Shown piece by piece: positions 29,863-45,732 of a stretch of DNA of 64,000 bases. Origin of the DNA: the human T2T-CHM13v2.0 reference genome, Homo sapiens; NCBI RefSeq assembly GCF_009914755.1, contig NC_060926.1. One strand, 5' to 3'. The stretch's first letter is position 1. Each line of letters starts with the position of its first letter. The notes beneath the pieces are model-generated. The model saw only the letters and a program-made list of their open reading frames with translations. It was not told the origin of the DNA and made no database searches. A program made the position numbers and the translations under genes.

Positions 29863-30208
29863 CAATGGTCCCCAACCTTTTGGCACTGGGGACCAGTTTT
29901 GTGGAAGACAATTTTTTTACAGATTTGGAGGTGGTGGATTGGGGGTTGGGGGTGATTTCAAGACGAAACTGTTCTAACTCAGTTGATCAGGCATTAGATT
30001 CTCATAAGGAGCACACAGCCTAGATCCTTCGCATGCGCAGTTCACAATAGGGTTTGTGCTCTTATGAAAATCTAATGCAGTGGCTGATCTGACAGGACAC
30101 TGAGTTCAGGTGATAATGCTTGCTCTCAGGCAGCTCACCTCCTGCTGTGTGGCTGGGTTCCTATAACAGGCCAGGACCAGTACTGGTTTTCAGCCCCAGG
30201 AACCTCTG
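29863..30208 (+). mobile_element. MER1B (hAT-Charlie)
   Basis: CA..GGTCCCCAACCTTTTGGCAC start, attagattctcataaggagc core, exact 8-bp TSD CTGTAGTG (29855, 30209). Confidence 0.88.
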
Positions 30209-30415
30209 CTGTAGTGTGATAAAATGAGTGGCTATGATACTTATATATTCCAGAAAACTAGGTAAACACTATTTCAAGTTTTTAAAAAATCTCGACTTTC
30301 AACTGTCAGAATACAAATAAATCAGAACCATGAATTAAAAAAAAAATAAGTCTTCACTGAGCTAATGTTTAAAATATTCATAGCCAGTGATTTTTTTTTT
30401 TCTTTTAAGAATCTC

Positions 30416-30751
<336 letters not shown>

Positions 30752-31885
30752 TTACTCTAAGAAAAAAAGGATCCCTTGGCATACTAAGTTTATGAGTAAG
30801 TCTTAAACTGTGGAGCAATCCAACATTTTAAATGAATAATTCAAGTTGCTTAGCATGTAAAGTACATAAAATCCTGTATATACTGTGGTTATTATTGCTT
30901 GAATTTTCATGTTTTACAAATAGTCTCTGAAATAATATTAATGAAAAAACTTTTCATTTTATTTTTATATAAAACTACAGTATATGTTATAAGTAAGAAA
31001 ACAGTAATACCATCCAAAATTCCTAGACAAGTCACAGTGTATGAGGTTTACCAGGGACATTTGCAAGTCATCTTGAATGACTCAATTGTAGAACTGCCTG
31101 GGAACAACTAATGTTGAAAAACTTACCATGAGTCACATATCCAAACTGTTATTTAAAAGATGTAGAAATGTTAATACTCATTTGATCTAGAAAATATTTT
31201 TATAATTTGATTATATGCCAGTTACAGTTCAGTTTTTGGATAATTATATCTTAAAAAGATATAGATACATTAAGCTAGCACAAGTGATGACTGATGTAAA
31301 GATGTAAAAAGAATAGGATTCTAAAATAATTAATTTACGAAGAAGCTGAATTTATTTTAGTGGAAAACTTGAGTTGATACTTAGAAAGTGTCTGAGTCAT
31401 CCAAAATGTGAATTCATTCAAATATCTAATCATATTTTACTGCGTTATACCTTTAAACTATTTTGGCTAAATTCAGAAAATTGTCCAAAAAGTTTAATGT
31501 TATGTTTGACGCTAATATCAATTTACAAATATTGGAAAACGTATTCGGGGAATAAATCTAAGCATATATGCTATGTTTACACAGAGAACAGACTAGGTAA
31601 AAATAGTTTTTCTTGGAGGCAGTTGTGAATAACCATCAGGACAAATTGAAGTTCTGTTCTGTAATATCTATCCCTAGGAATGTTTAAATATTTATAAAAA
31701 TTTACTTAAAGTATTTAATATTTTAATACACGCAACACATTTGTATGTAATCCTAATTTTTTTGATAGAAGATGCTAGTTACAAAGAAATTATGTTACTT
31801 TTATATTTTAAGTACAATTAAGGGCAGATGCCTTATGAAATGTTTTACCTTCTTGAAGGCCCTTCATTCCTGGGATATTTATGTA

Positions 31886-31887
<2 letters not shown>

Positions 31888-31936
<49 letters not shown>

Positions 31937-31941
31937 CTATC

Positions 31942-31974
<33 letters not shown>
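31888..31974. repeat. Compound microsatellite (CT)n(CTAT)n(AT)n(AC)n
   Basis: Direct reading. Confidence 0.92.
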
Positions 31975-32967
31975 TAAAAATTTACATATAAATTTATATA
32001 TAAATTTTATTTATATGTATAAATAAAATTTTAGACAGCTGTAACCAGCCCTCTCTCTCCTTTGCCCATTCCCCCACAAATAAAATTTTTAAAGTAAATA
32101 TCTTAATAGCCTATCTGATTCAGAATGTTGAGAAAAATGACTATTAACTAATGGCTCAGCATTAGAGATTTGTTAGCATGTTTCTCATCAATTATGGGGC
32201 TAAGATTTGTAAATTTGTATATTTTGGATTTCAGAAGAGCAGGGTTTAAATGCTTCTGTTGTCAGAAAGTAAATAAATAGATGCCATTTTGTTTGGCTTT
32301 TAACCTAAAGTCCTTTAGCATTTACTTGAATTCAGTCATTTAATAACACTTCAAGGGCTGGTATTGAGTGTTTTTGAAGGTTATAATGCAGCTAGCATTT
32401 AAATATTTTTCATCAGGAAAAAATTGAGAAAATAGGAAATTTATTTTAGCTTTTTATATCCTAGGCCAAATAACTGCTTCTTACATATGCACACTTTCAA
32501 GTCAATAAAGAGGAAAAGACTCTAGCAGCCTTACATTATTAGTGGAAGAGGAGCTGTAGCATACAAATTTTGAATAAGTTGCTCTCAAAGGACAAAGAAT
32601 TTATTTACTACATAAAGTAGGAATAAGACATAGTATATATTTTTTCTGTGCTCAATCTCGTGAGTACGTGCTCATTTATAAGGTTTGCCTTTCCCATGAA
32701 TTAAAATATGATAAATGTAGCATTGATTGCACAAAGGAGAAATAGAAAATGAGAATATTAATTGGATTTCCAATCTCTGTTCCACATCTTTTCTTTTTAA
32801 TTTGAGAATTATTGCAACATTTATATGCTGGTAAAAATCTTCCCTGTGAAGATACTAATAATTTCTTTAATAATTTGATTTATGTAATGTGCTCATGTGT
32901 AGAATTAATTTCACTATCCAAATTAAAAGTGGTATGTTAGAATGCCTGTATGTTTACATATGCACAA

Positions 32968-33044
32968 TGTATGTGTGTGTGTGTATATATATATATACAC
33001 ACACACACACGCATACACATACACACACATATATACATACACAC
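32968..33044. repeat. (TG)n(TA)n(CA)n compound repeat
   Basis: Direct reading. Confidence 0.88.
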
Positions 33045-33360
33045 TTGAGGAATGTGGATATAAGTATTATTATCATTTGGGGGATAATAACACTGTTACA
33101 CTGTAAGTTTCCTTTCAAATAAGAAAGTAGAGTAACACATGTCTAGGCATGTTCTCAGAGACACATTTAAGTACGTTGTATGCAGAAAACATGCCACATA
33201 ACCTTTATTTACACTTGAACTACCCCTCCATAGTTTCATTATGTAATTTAATTTTCTGACACTACTACCTTCAACTTCTAAAAAAAAGTGGTATTATATA
33301 CATAACATAAAATTGACAATTTTAACTATTTTAAAGCACATAGCTGAGTAATGTTAAGTA

Positions 33361-33930
33361 TAAAGGACATCAGAATATGCTACCCTAAAATATGCGAATT
33401 TAGCATAAAGATCCTTTTGAGCTGAAGGCAATTAAGGAAAAGCAGGCACAGGAAACCTCTCTACTCTTCCCCATCTACCTAAAAGTAGGGCATACATTTG
33501 ACTTATAAAAGCATCCCCCACTCTCATACCAGGAGGAGAAGAGCAACCTTTATTAGCAGAAATAGAAATGCTGTCAAGATAAGCCAGCATAAACAAATCT
33601 CACTAAATAACCTTTATTATCCATTAGTTTCCCTCCTGCATTACAGAGTTTCCCACCTTAGAAGCCCCAAACCCTTTTCCTTTGTCTTGCCACTTCTCCA
33701 CAATTTATCACCCTTTTTTAAAACGTCATATAAACCCACTGAGTGTCACTACTTGTTTGGGTCTTCACTTCTTTTCTATGAAGGTCTCCGTTCATGTGAA
33801 AATCAAATGATTATAATCAAATAAAATGTGTATGCCTTTTTTCCGGTTAATCTGTTTTTTGTTAGTTTAATTCACAAGCCCCAGTTATAGAACCTAAGAA
33901 TGTAGAGGAAAGGTTTTTCTCTTCCCTGTA
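33361..33930 (+). mobile_element. MER34-family ERV1 solo LTR inserted into an old L1M 3' end (minus, ~33285-34080)
   Basis: cagaatatgctaccctaaaatatg..ttttgagctgaaggcaatt. The L1 sequence gttaagta|..tacattgttgtgcaa resumes after it. Putative TSD AGTA / AGTG. Confidence 0.78.
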
Positions 33931-34140
33931 AGTGAATTTACATTGTTGTGCAATGAATCTTTAGCATTATTTTCATTTTGTAAAACTGAAACTCTATAGC
34001 CGTTAAACAGGAACTCCACATTTCTCCAGCCCCTACCAACCACCATTCTATGTTCTGACTTTCTAAAGTTGGTATTTTCAGCATTTATCGGGACCTAATT
34101 GTGTACCAATGAAAACTAAAATATACGGTTTTACATTAGA

Positions 34141-34252
34141 GAATGGAATGAATATATACATATATATGTATTTGAATGGAATATATATATTTGAATGGAA
34201 TATATATATATATTTGAATGGAATTTTATATATATATATATATATATATATC
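34141..34252. repeat. Minisatellite TTTGAATGGAA(TA)n
   Basis: Three to four units with variable TA runs. Confidence 0.85.
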
Positions 34253-34991
34253 TCCTAGTATGTGGCAGTGTGAATTTAGAAGTGCCATTGTATCAAGGCA
34301 TGATGAAGGACAGTTTTACAGGAAGGTGTATTTGGAACCAAGCTTTGTAAGATGAATTTGTGTAGAATCAGGCTGACACAGAAAGGAGACAGCAGAAAGG
34401 AGAGTGTAGACAAGCAAGCCAGTTCTGGTTAGAGGAGGGCCAATGAAACTCTTTGCTAGGAATGTGCATCATAGGTAAACAGGTATGGAGCCTGGCTACT
34501 ATTTTATTTATACACTTAATAATTCATATATTCAAGTTTACCAAATACCTATTTGTTTGTTTGTTTTTGCAAATTCTAATTGAGAAAGCAGAAAATCTAA
34601 TTTTCACTTTCTAAATCTACCTGGTAATCATATTTTTACTTATGTTTTTCCTACTTGAGTTATGTAGGCCTGAAAGGGTTTTTAAAATATTATCCACTAT
34701 CATGGTTGTTAATGTGTTCTTATATTTCTTTCTTTTTTTTTTTGCTGGGATTTTGCTTTTATTTTTTATTTTTATTATTATTATACTTTAAGTTTTAGGG
34801 TACATGTACACAATGTGCAGGTTAGTTACATATGTATACATGTGCCATGCTGGTGTGCTGCACCCATTAATTCGTCATTTAACGTTAGGTATATCTCCTA
34901 ATGCTATCCCTCCACCCTCCACCTTCCCCCCTCCCCACAACAGTCCCCAGAGTGTGATGTTCCCCTTTCTGTGTCCATGTGTTCTCATTGT

Positions 34992-38820
<3,829 letters not shown>

Positions 38821-38883
38821 TTTGATGTTAGCTGGTTATTTTGCTCGTTAGTTGATGCAGTTTCTTCCTAGCCTCAATGGTCT

Positions 38884-39900
38884 TTACAATTTGGCATGTT
38901 TTTGCAGTGGCTGGTACCGGTTGTTCCTTTCCATGTTCAGTGCCTCCTTCAGGAGCTCTTTTAGGGCAGGCCTGGTGGTGACAAAATCTCTCAGCATTTG
39001 CTTGTCTGTAAAGTATTTTATTTGTCCTTCACTTCTGAAGCTTAGTTTGGCTGGATATGAAATTCTGGGTTGAAAATTCTTTTCTTTAAGAATGTTGAAT
39101 ATTGGCCCCCACTCTCTTCTGGCTTGTAGAGTTTCTGCCGAGAGATCCGCTGTTAGTCTGATGGGCTTCCCTTTGTGGGTAACCCGACCTTTCTCTCTGG
39201 CTGCCCTTAACATTTTTTCCTTCATTTCAGCTTTGGTGAATCTGACAATTATGTGTCTTGGAGTAGCTCTTCTTGAGGAGTATCTTTGTGGCGTTCTCTG
39301 TATTTCCTGAATCCAAATGTTGGCCTGCCTTGCTAGATTGGGGAAGTTCTCCTGGATAATATCCTGCAGAGTGTTTTCCAACTTGGTTCCATTCACCCCG
39401 TCACTTTCAGGTACACCAATCAAACGTAGGTTTGGTCTTTTCACATAGTCCCATATTTCTTGGAGGCTTTGTTCATTTCTTTTTATTCTTTTTTCTCTAA
39501 ACTTCCCCTCTCGCTTCATTTCATTCATTTCATCTTCCATCACTGATACTCTTTCTTCCAGTTGATCGCATCGGCTCCTGACGCTTCTGCATTCTTCATG
39601 TAGTTCTGGAGCCTTGGCTTTCAGCTCCATCAGCTCATTTAAGCACTTCTCTGTATTGGTTATTCTAGTTCTACATTTGTCTAAATTTTTTTCAAAGTTT
39701 TCAACTTCTTTGCCTTTGGTTTGAATTTCCTCCTGTAGGTTGGAGTAGTTTGATCGTCTGAAGCCTTCTTCTCTCAACTCATCAAAGTCATTCTCCGTCC
39801 AGCTTTGTTCCATTGCTGGTGAGGAGCTGCGTTCCTTTGGAGGAGGAGAGGCGCTCTGCTTTTTAGAGTTTCCAGTTTTTCTGCTCTGTTTTTTCCCCAT
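38884..39900 (-). CDS. LINE-1 ORF1p, open 338 aa
   Basis: Full-length ORF with REKG, ARR and YPAKLS motifs intact. Confidence 0.9.
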   Translation of the reverse strand: MGKKQSRKTGNSKKQSASPPPKERSSSPAMEQSWTENDFDELREEGFRRSNYSNLQEEIQTKGKEVENFEKNLDKCRTRITNTEKCLNELMELKAKAPELHEECRSVRSRCDQLEERVSVMEDEMNEMKREGKFREKRIKRNEQSLQEIWDYVKRPNLRLIGVPESDGVNGTKLENTLQDIIQENFPNLARQANIWIQEIQRTPQRYSSRRATPRHIIVRFTKAEMKEKMLRAAREKGRVTHKGKPIRLTADLSAETLQARREWGPIFNILKEKNFQPRISYPAKLSFRSEGQIKYFTDKQMLRDFVTTRPALKELLKEALNMERNNRYQPLQKHAKL

Positions 39901-40932
39901 CTTTGTGGTTTTATCTACTTCTGGTCTTTGATGATGGTGACGTACAGATGGGTTTTTGGTGTGGATGTCCTTTCTGTTTGTTAGTTTTCCTTCTAACAGA
40001 TAGGACCCTTAGCTGCAGGTCTGTTGGAGTTTGCTAGAGGTCCACTCCAGACCCTCTTTGCCTGGGTAACAGCAGCGATGGCTGCAGAACAGTGGATTTT
40101 CATGAACCGCGAATGCTGCTGTCTGATCATTCCTCTGGAAGTGTCTCAGAGGAGTACCTGGCCATGTGAGGTGTCAGTCTGCCCCTACTGGGGGGTGCCT
40201 CCCAGTTAGGCTGCTCGGGGGTCAGGGGTCAGGGACCCACTTGAGGAGGCAGTCTGCCCATTCTCAGATCTCTAGCTGCATGCTGAGAGAGCCACTGCTC
40301 TCTTCAAAGCTGTCAGACAGGGACATTTAAGTCTGCAGAGTTTACTGGTGTCTTTTTGTTTGTCTGTGCCCAGCCCCCAGAGGTGGAGCCTACAGAGGCA
40401 GGCAGGCCTCCTTGAGCTGTGGTGGGCTCCACCCATTTCGAGCTTCCTGGCTGCTTTGTTTACCTAAGCAAGCCTGGGCAATGGCGGGCGCCCCTCCCCC
40501 AGCCTGGCTGCCACTTTGCAGTTTGATCTCAGACTGCTGTGCTAGCAATCAGCGAGACTCCGTGGGCATAGAACCCTCCGAGCCAGGTGCAGGATATAAT
40601 CTCCTGGTGTGCCGTTTTTTAAGCCCATTGGAAAAGCGCAGTATTAGGGCGGGAGTGACCCGATTTTCCAGGTGCCATCTGTCACCCCTTTCTTTGACTA
40701 GGAAAGGGAACTCCCTGACCCCTTGCGCTTCCCGAGTGAGGCAATGCCTTGCCCTGCTTCGGCTCACGCAGGATGCGCTGCACCCACTGTCCTGCGTCCA
40801 TTGTCTGGCACTCCCTAGTGAGATGAACCCGGTACCTCAGATGGAAATGCAGAAATCACCCATCTTCTGTGTTGCTCACGCTGGGAGCTGTAGACCAGAG
40901 CTGTTCCTATTCGGCCATCTTGGCTGCTTCAG
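39901..40932. promoter_or_regulatory. L1 5'UTR bidirectional promoter with YY1 site
   Basis: Minus strand CAAGATGGCCG at 40912-40922. The antisense promoter region lies upstream of ORF0. Confidence 0.8.
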
Positions 40933-40951
40933 TGTGTTCTTATATTTCTAA
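40481..40951 (+). CDS. LINE-1 ORF0 (antisense ORF), C-terminally extended to 156 codons
   Basis: gcaATGGCGGGCGCCCCT; MAGAPPPAWLPLCSLISDCCASNQRDSV...GVTRFSRC matches ORF0. No stop until just past the 5' TSD. Expression is unproven. Confidence 0.65.
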   Translation: MAGAPPPAWLPLCSLISDCCASNQRDSVGIEPSEPGAGYNLLVCRFLSPLEKRSIRAGVTRFSRCHLSPLSLTRKGNSLTPCASRVRQCLALLRLTQDALHPLSCVHCLALPSEMNPVPQMEMQKSPIFCVAHAGSCRPELFLFGHLGCFSVFLYF

Positions 40952-41779
40952 TATTTTGTTTTGTTCCCTATATTTTTGTTCCATGTGACTTAAGGCAGAA
41001 ATACTCAATTATTTAAACCTCAGCAAAAATTAGAGTTCACAGCAATTAAATCTGATAGTTTTTTCCAAAAAAATAAGAAAATTTAATAAAGAAAAAGTAA
41101 TTTTTAAAATGCAGAAGGTTTGGATAACCAAGGAATGGAAAATGATGATACAGTTCAGACAGAAGGTATGTGAGGCCTGTGAGAGGAGAAAACAACTCAA
41201 TTAGAAAGTTGTTAACTATCCATCCAAGCTCATTGGCCTGCAGAGGATGATGAAGAATCTTAAAAACAATTTTATTTAGACATGTGATAATAGTCAACAA
41301 GGAGATTTTAGAACAAAAACATGATGTGATGGAAATGATATTTAGGAAGCGTTATTCTTGCAGTATTATATAAAAGGTATTATAGATAAGAGAAGCCTGA
41401 ATTTAATAAGATTCCCTATTGACTATTATAGTCACATAGATCTGATTGGATAAGGAACTTGTCCAGGACAATGGCCTAAGAAACATAAAGCAATATGTAG
41501 TAATTAATTAAAATGAAGAGAAAGGAAAAACACCAAACTTAAGATAGCTTCAGGAGGGATGGCATGCGGTTGAATTTTCAACTTTATTTGTATGTGTAAG
41601 TATTTGTGTATGTGCATTTATAGGAAAGACAGAAAGGAACTGTAAGTAAAAATTATCCTAAGTATATTTTCAACTGATTTTCCAGAATAGGTGACTTACT
41701 AGATATAAGGGAAGTCAAAATATGACTTTAATGTTTCAAATTGGGTGACTAGGAGATTTGTGGTTTTGCTGATTGTTTA

Positions 41780-41782
<3 letters not shown>

Positions 41783-41814
<32 letters not shown>
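41783..41814. repeat. (TG)n microsatellite
   Basis: Direct reading. Confidence 0.92.
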
Positions 41815-41817
<3 letters not shown>

Positions 41818-43299
41818 AACATACATATACAAAGAGAAACACATAAATGCCACTTTTAATATGGATAGTAGAATTAATTTTGCACATAAGAACATTAGAT
41901 AAATCAAAATATTATGGAAACTATTATTGTTATCTTCAGAGGCAAGATTTTTTACCAGCTTATGAAAGCTATAGTAATTCTCAACTTGAAAATAAAAGAT
42001 GTGTACCAGAGATCAGAAATTCAATTAATATTCTCACTTCTATTTCATCTTTATGAAATCAATGCTGCCTTTATCTGTATATTATTAAAATAATTGTGCA
42101 AAATATAATTTTTAAAAACAGCCATTTGAAAGTCAGTCTTTGTGGTTAAAATGTGTATTTTTTTATTCGTCTCATGGAAGAAATCTAATTTAAAAAGCAA
42201 AGATTTGTTTTAGTAAACATTTGCAGATTGATTCAATTTAAGAAAGCAGATAGTTTTGTTATTGCTAGAAAAATCCTATGTGGAGGAATATTTGACTTCT
42301 GTATTAAATTACTTCTCACTATTTTTTGCCCCAGATGTTTTCTGTGCACATACCAGTTTCTTAAGGGAAGGGTAAATTGTTCTAATGCCAGCTTACAATA
42401 GTATTTTGCTGAGGGAAAATGTGATTTTATAGTTAAATAGCTTAACTCATGATAGTAAGACATAGTTTTGTTGACATGAGAGATGTTAGCATCTGTCTAA
42501 AAATTCTCATTGTATATTATAATTAATATTCTCATCAGCTTGCAAAGTCTCCCTGTAGAAGCCAGTATACTTTCTGTATGGTAATTGCTGTTTAAATTAG
42601 AAAATTTATATTTGGACTTTGAATTTTAATATTTAATGTTGCTATGTAATTTTGTTCATTAAGAATATTGAAAACAAGGCCCAAAATAAGTTGCATTTTG
42701 TTACATTCCAAGTCCAACTTGAAATAAATGGAGCATATTAATGGTTATACTTTTAGGATAAAACTATATATGGACAAATATATTTTCTACATATATTTAT
42801 GTATTGCATAATACATATATATTCGACGTATATTTATGTATTGCATTTATAGTGTCTTATTTTATTTTTTCCCTAACATAAAGCATTCTTTCTATTATTT
42901 TTTATGTCTTTTATTTGTGAGTTATACTGTAGATACAGATAGAGACATTTTCACTAAAATGTCATAGGAGACTTTCTGGTTATATTTGACCAGATAGTTA
43001 ATTTTCTAAGATAGTGTTCTATCTTCAAATAGAAATGGAAAGATCAAATAGAATGTGATTGTTTTATCATCATACTATATAAAATGGCGTTGAATTTCAC
43101 CATATAAATTCTTAAGTAAAATTCACATTTTATATTCATCCAGTGTCTCATTTCTAAGCTATATTTTATAAGAAATTTAAAAGCAAGTGTAGCACGTAGT
43201 TCCTATCCTTGATAAGCTTACGTAGCATAGTGATTAGGAAGATATATTTTCCCCCATGACACAGTTTAAACACATGAATTAATAAATTATGTGATAATA

Positions 43300-43545
43300 G
43301 TAAATGTAGCTAAATATCAATATTTATTGAATTTTTAGTATGTATCAGCTATATATTAAGTAGTTGAACTGAATTATGACCTGGAATTTTCAATCAAAGC
43401 CCAGTGAAGTATATCATATGCTTTAATGTATTTGTTTATAGATTAGGAAACATACTTAGAAAGGTTAAGGAACTTCCTCAGGGTCATGCAGCTGACATTT
43501 GAAGTAAGGCTGTCTAATTCTGAGTATTTGCTCTCAACCACTACA
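43300..43545 (-). mobile_element. MIR
   Basis: agaaaggttaaggaacttcctcagggtcatgcagct...ctctcaaccacta. Confidence 0.7.
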
Positions 43546-44235
43546 GAACACCAAAGAATATAAAAGGGGAAAAGACAAGATAGAGAGTTACATTACTAGG
43601 AACTTCATGGAAAAGATGAGGCATGGGTTGGCCCTTGAATAAAGTCTGGAACTTATATAGATATAAGGGAGAACACAAAGGTTCCAAATGGAAAGACAAA
43701 AGTCCTTTATTATTCCATCTCCTCATGCACAGAATAGAATGATTAAATAGTGTGTTGAAGAGACTGATCTAATATATTAATGAGTTTATTTGGGAGACGG
43801 TTCATACAGTCATGCTGACTTGTCTTAAGTTAAATACTTAAATCACTACTCTGAGGCAGGCTTCAATGCTGTCCATCAGTCATACGATATTTCCCTTGTC
43901 TATCCTGTTTTCCACTTCGTAAATTATTATTTTATAAATTCATCACTCCCCTCCCTCACACCTATAATACTTCCTCTCAACCCTCATTCTCATTATCTTA
44001 CCTTCTGTTTCACTGAGAAAAATAGATGCAAAGAAAACTCCCCCTAGTCTCACCATGGCATCTACCCATCTACCCATTTACTTGAATTTGTAGCCCTTTA
44101 CTCTGCTTTCTCCACTGTTACTATGAATACATCGTCCATGTTTCCAGTTACAACCAGCCCATCCTCTAGGTGTCCTTTCCTCTTACCTCTTAACTGCTTA
44201 AGCACAAGTGCACTGTTCCAACAATTCTACCCACT

Positions 44236-44337
44236 TTTTTTAAGAGATGGGGTCTCACTATGTCGCCCAGGCTGGATTTAAACTCCTGGGCTCAAGCAAT
44301 CCTCCTACCTCAGCCTCCTAAATAACTGGGACTACAG
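44236..44337 (-). mobile_element. FLAM/AluJ monomer fragment
   Basis: gagatggggtctcactatgtcgcccaggctgg..aactcctgggctcaagcaatcctcc. Confidence 0.85.
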
Positions 44338-45597
44338 AATCCTGCTTACTTCTTTAATCAGTTTTCTCTCTTCGGTTATTCTTACCAGAATGCAAAGATG
44401 CTGTTTATCCTCCCTTAAAAACAAATGTATAAACAAAATACTTCTCTAGCGAATGCTTATCGTGGATTTGTTCATTTTTCTTTTCTTATTCCAAAAAGTT
44501 CTTGAAAGAGTTGGCTGTCACTCTCTTGAGCCATCTCCGTACCACCATTTTGTTTTGAATTCCCTGCAATTGACTTTTATCCCCACAATACAGCAAAATT
44601 GCTATTGCTGAGGTCACTAATGATTGCTATGGTGCTATATTTAACAGTCAATTTTCAGTTCTCATATTGACTTGCCAGCATAATTTGACATGGTTGATTA
44701 TGATCTCCTTTTTGAAATAAATTTTTCACTTGGCTTTTAAGTCACTACACTGGAATATAATTTTCTCCTACTTTTCTGGTGATTCCTTCCCTTCATTATT
44801 TGCTGATACCTTTTCACCCTAACCCCAAGCGTAGATATGTCCTAAGGGTAAGGCCTAAGGGTAATGAGCTGGCTGATTTTCTGTGGCAGTCATTCCCGTG
44901 GTAATTTCATGTAGTGTGTCAATGTTCAATATCATTTAATCTGCAGCCCAGACTTCTCCCCTGATATCGAGAATTGAACATCTCATGGTATTCTGGATAT
45001 CTTCCCTTGACTATCCAACACTCATCTAAATCTTAAGCACCAGATAGTCCCAAACTCAGCACCAGATAGTCCCCACAAAGCCTCGTATTTTCAGGAAGTT
45101 AATCCTCTTAGAAAACAGAAACTCCATTCTTTCATTTGCTCAGGCCAAACCAGGAAGTCTCATTGCACCATCTCTTTCTCTTACTATCAACATCTGACTC
45201 ATCATCTCATTAAAAATATTAACTCTTATCATCATCTTCCCTGCTACTATTAATATTTTAGTCTAAGCTGCTTATATTTTTACCTGAATCATTGTAGCAA
45301 TCTACTAAGTGTTTTTGTTTGTTTTGGTTTTGTTTTTATTTGTTGTTGTTGTTATGTTTAATTTTCTTTAGCACCCTTCCATCTCTGATCAACATAATAG
45401 TCACAGTGTGCCTATTAAAATATAAAGTCCTGTTAAATTGTAAATCAGTTTTGTGCTTATTTCTCTCACTGCAAGGTACAGGTGAACCATACCAAGAACA
45501 ATTCTACTTTAGGACCTTTTTACTTCCTATTCTCTCTGCCTGGAGGTTTCTCCTGAATATCCACATGGTTTTGCTCCCTTACCTTCAATCTCTTTAA

Positions 45598-45732
45598 TTA
45601 TGCCTGAGGTTGCAATTTTTTTGAATTTGAAAAATCAGACCTTGGCAATGACCTTGAGCAGTAGGATATAAATAACTCCCACATGCTGAGCATTCCAATA
45701 ATGGAACAGTAGTCATAAATGGGTTAACCCAT
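45598..45732 (-). mobile_element. MER85 (piggyBac/PGBD3-derived MITE) with atypical ends
   Basis: ttatgcctgaggttgcaatttttt...cttgagcagtaggatataaataactcccacatgc..ttccaataatggaaca...cataaatggg-TTAA matches the remembered MER85 consensus. Confidence 0.9.

Noticed and set aside
34141-34230. CRISPR-like or HSATII/III-like GAATGGAAT repeat
   Set aside because: Only 3-4 short units separated by TA runs, in eukaryotic context. No unique spacers, cas genes or satellite array.
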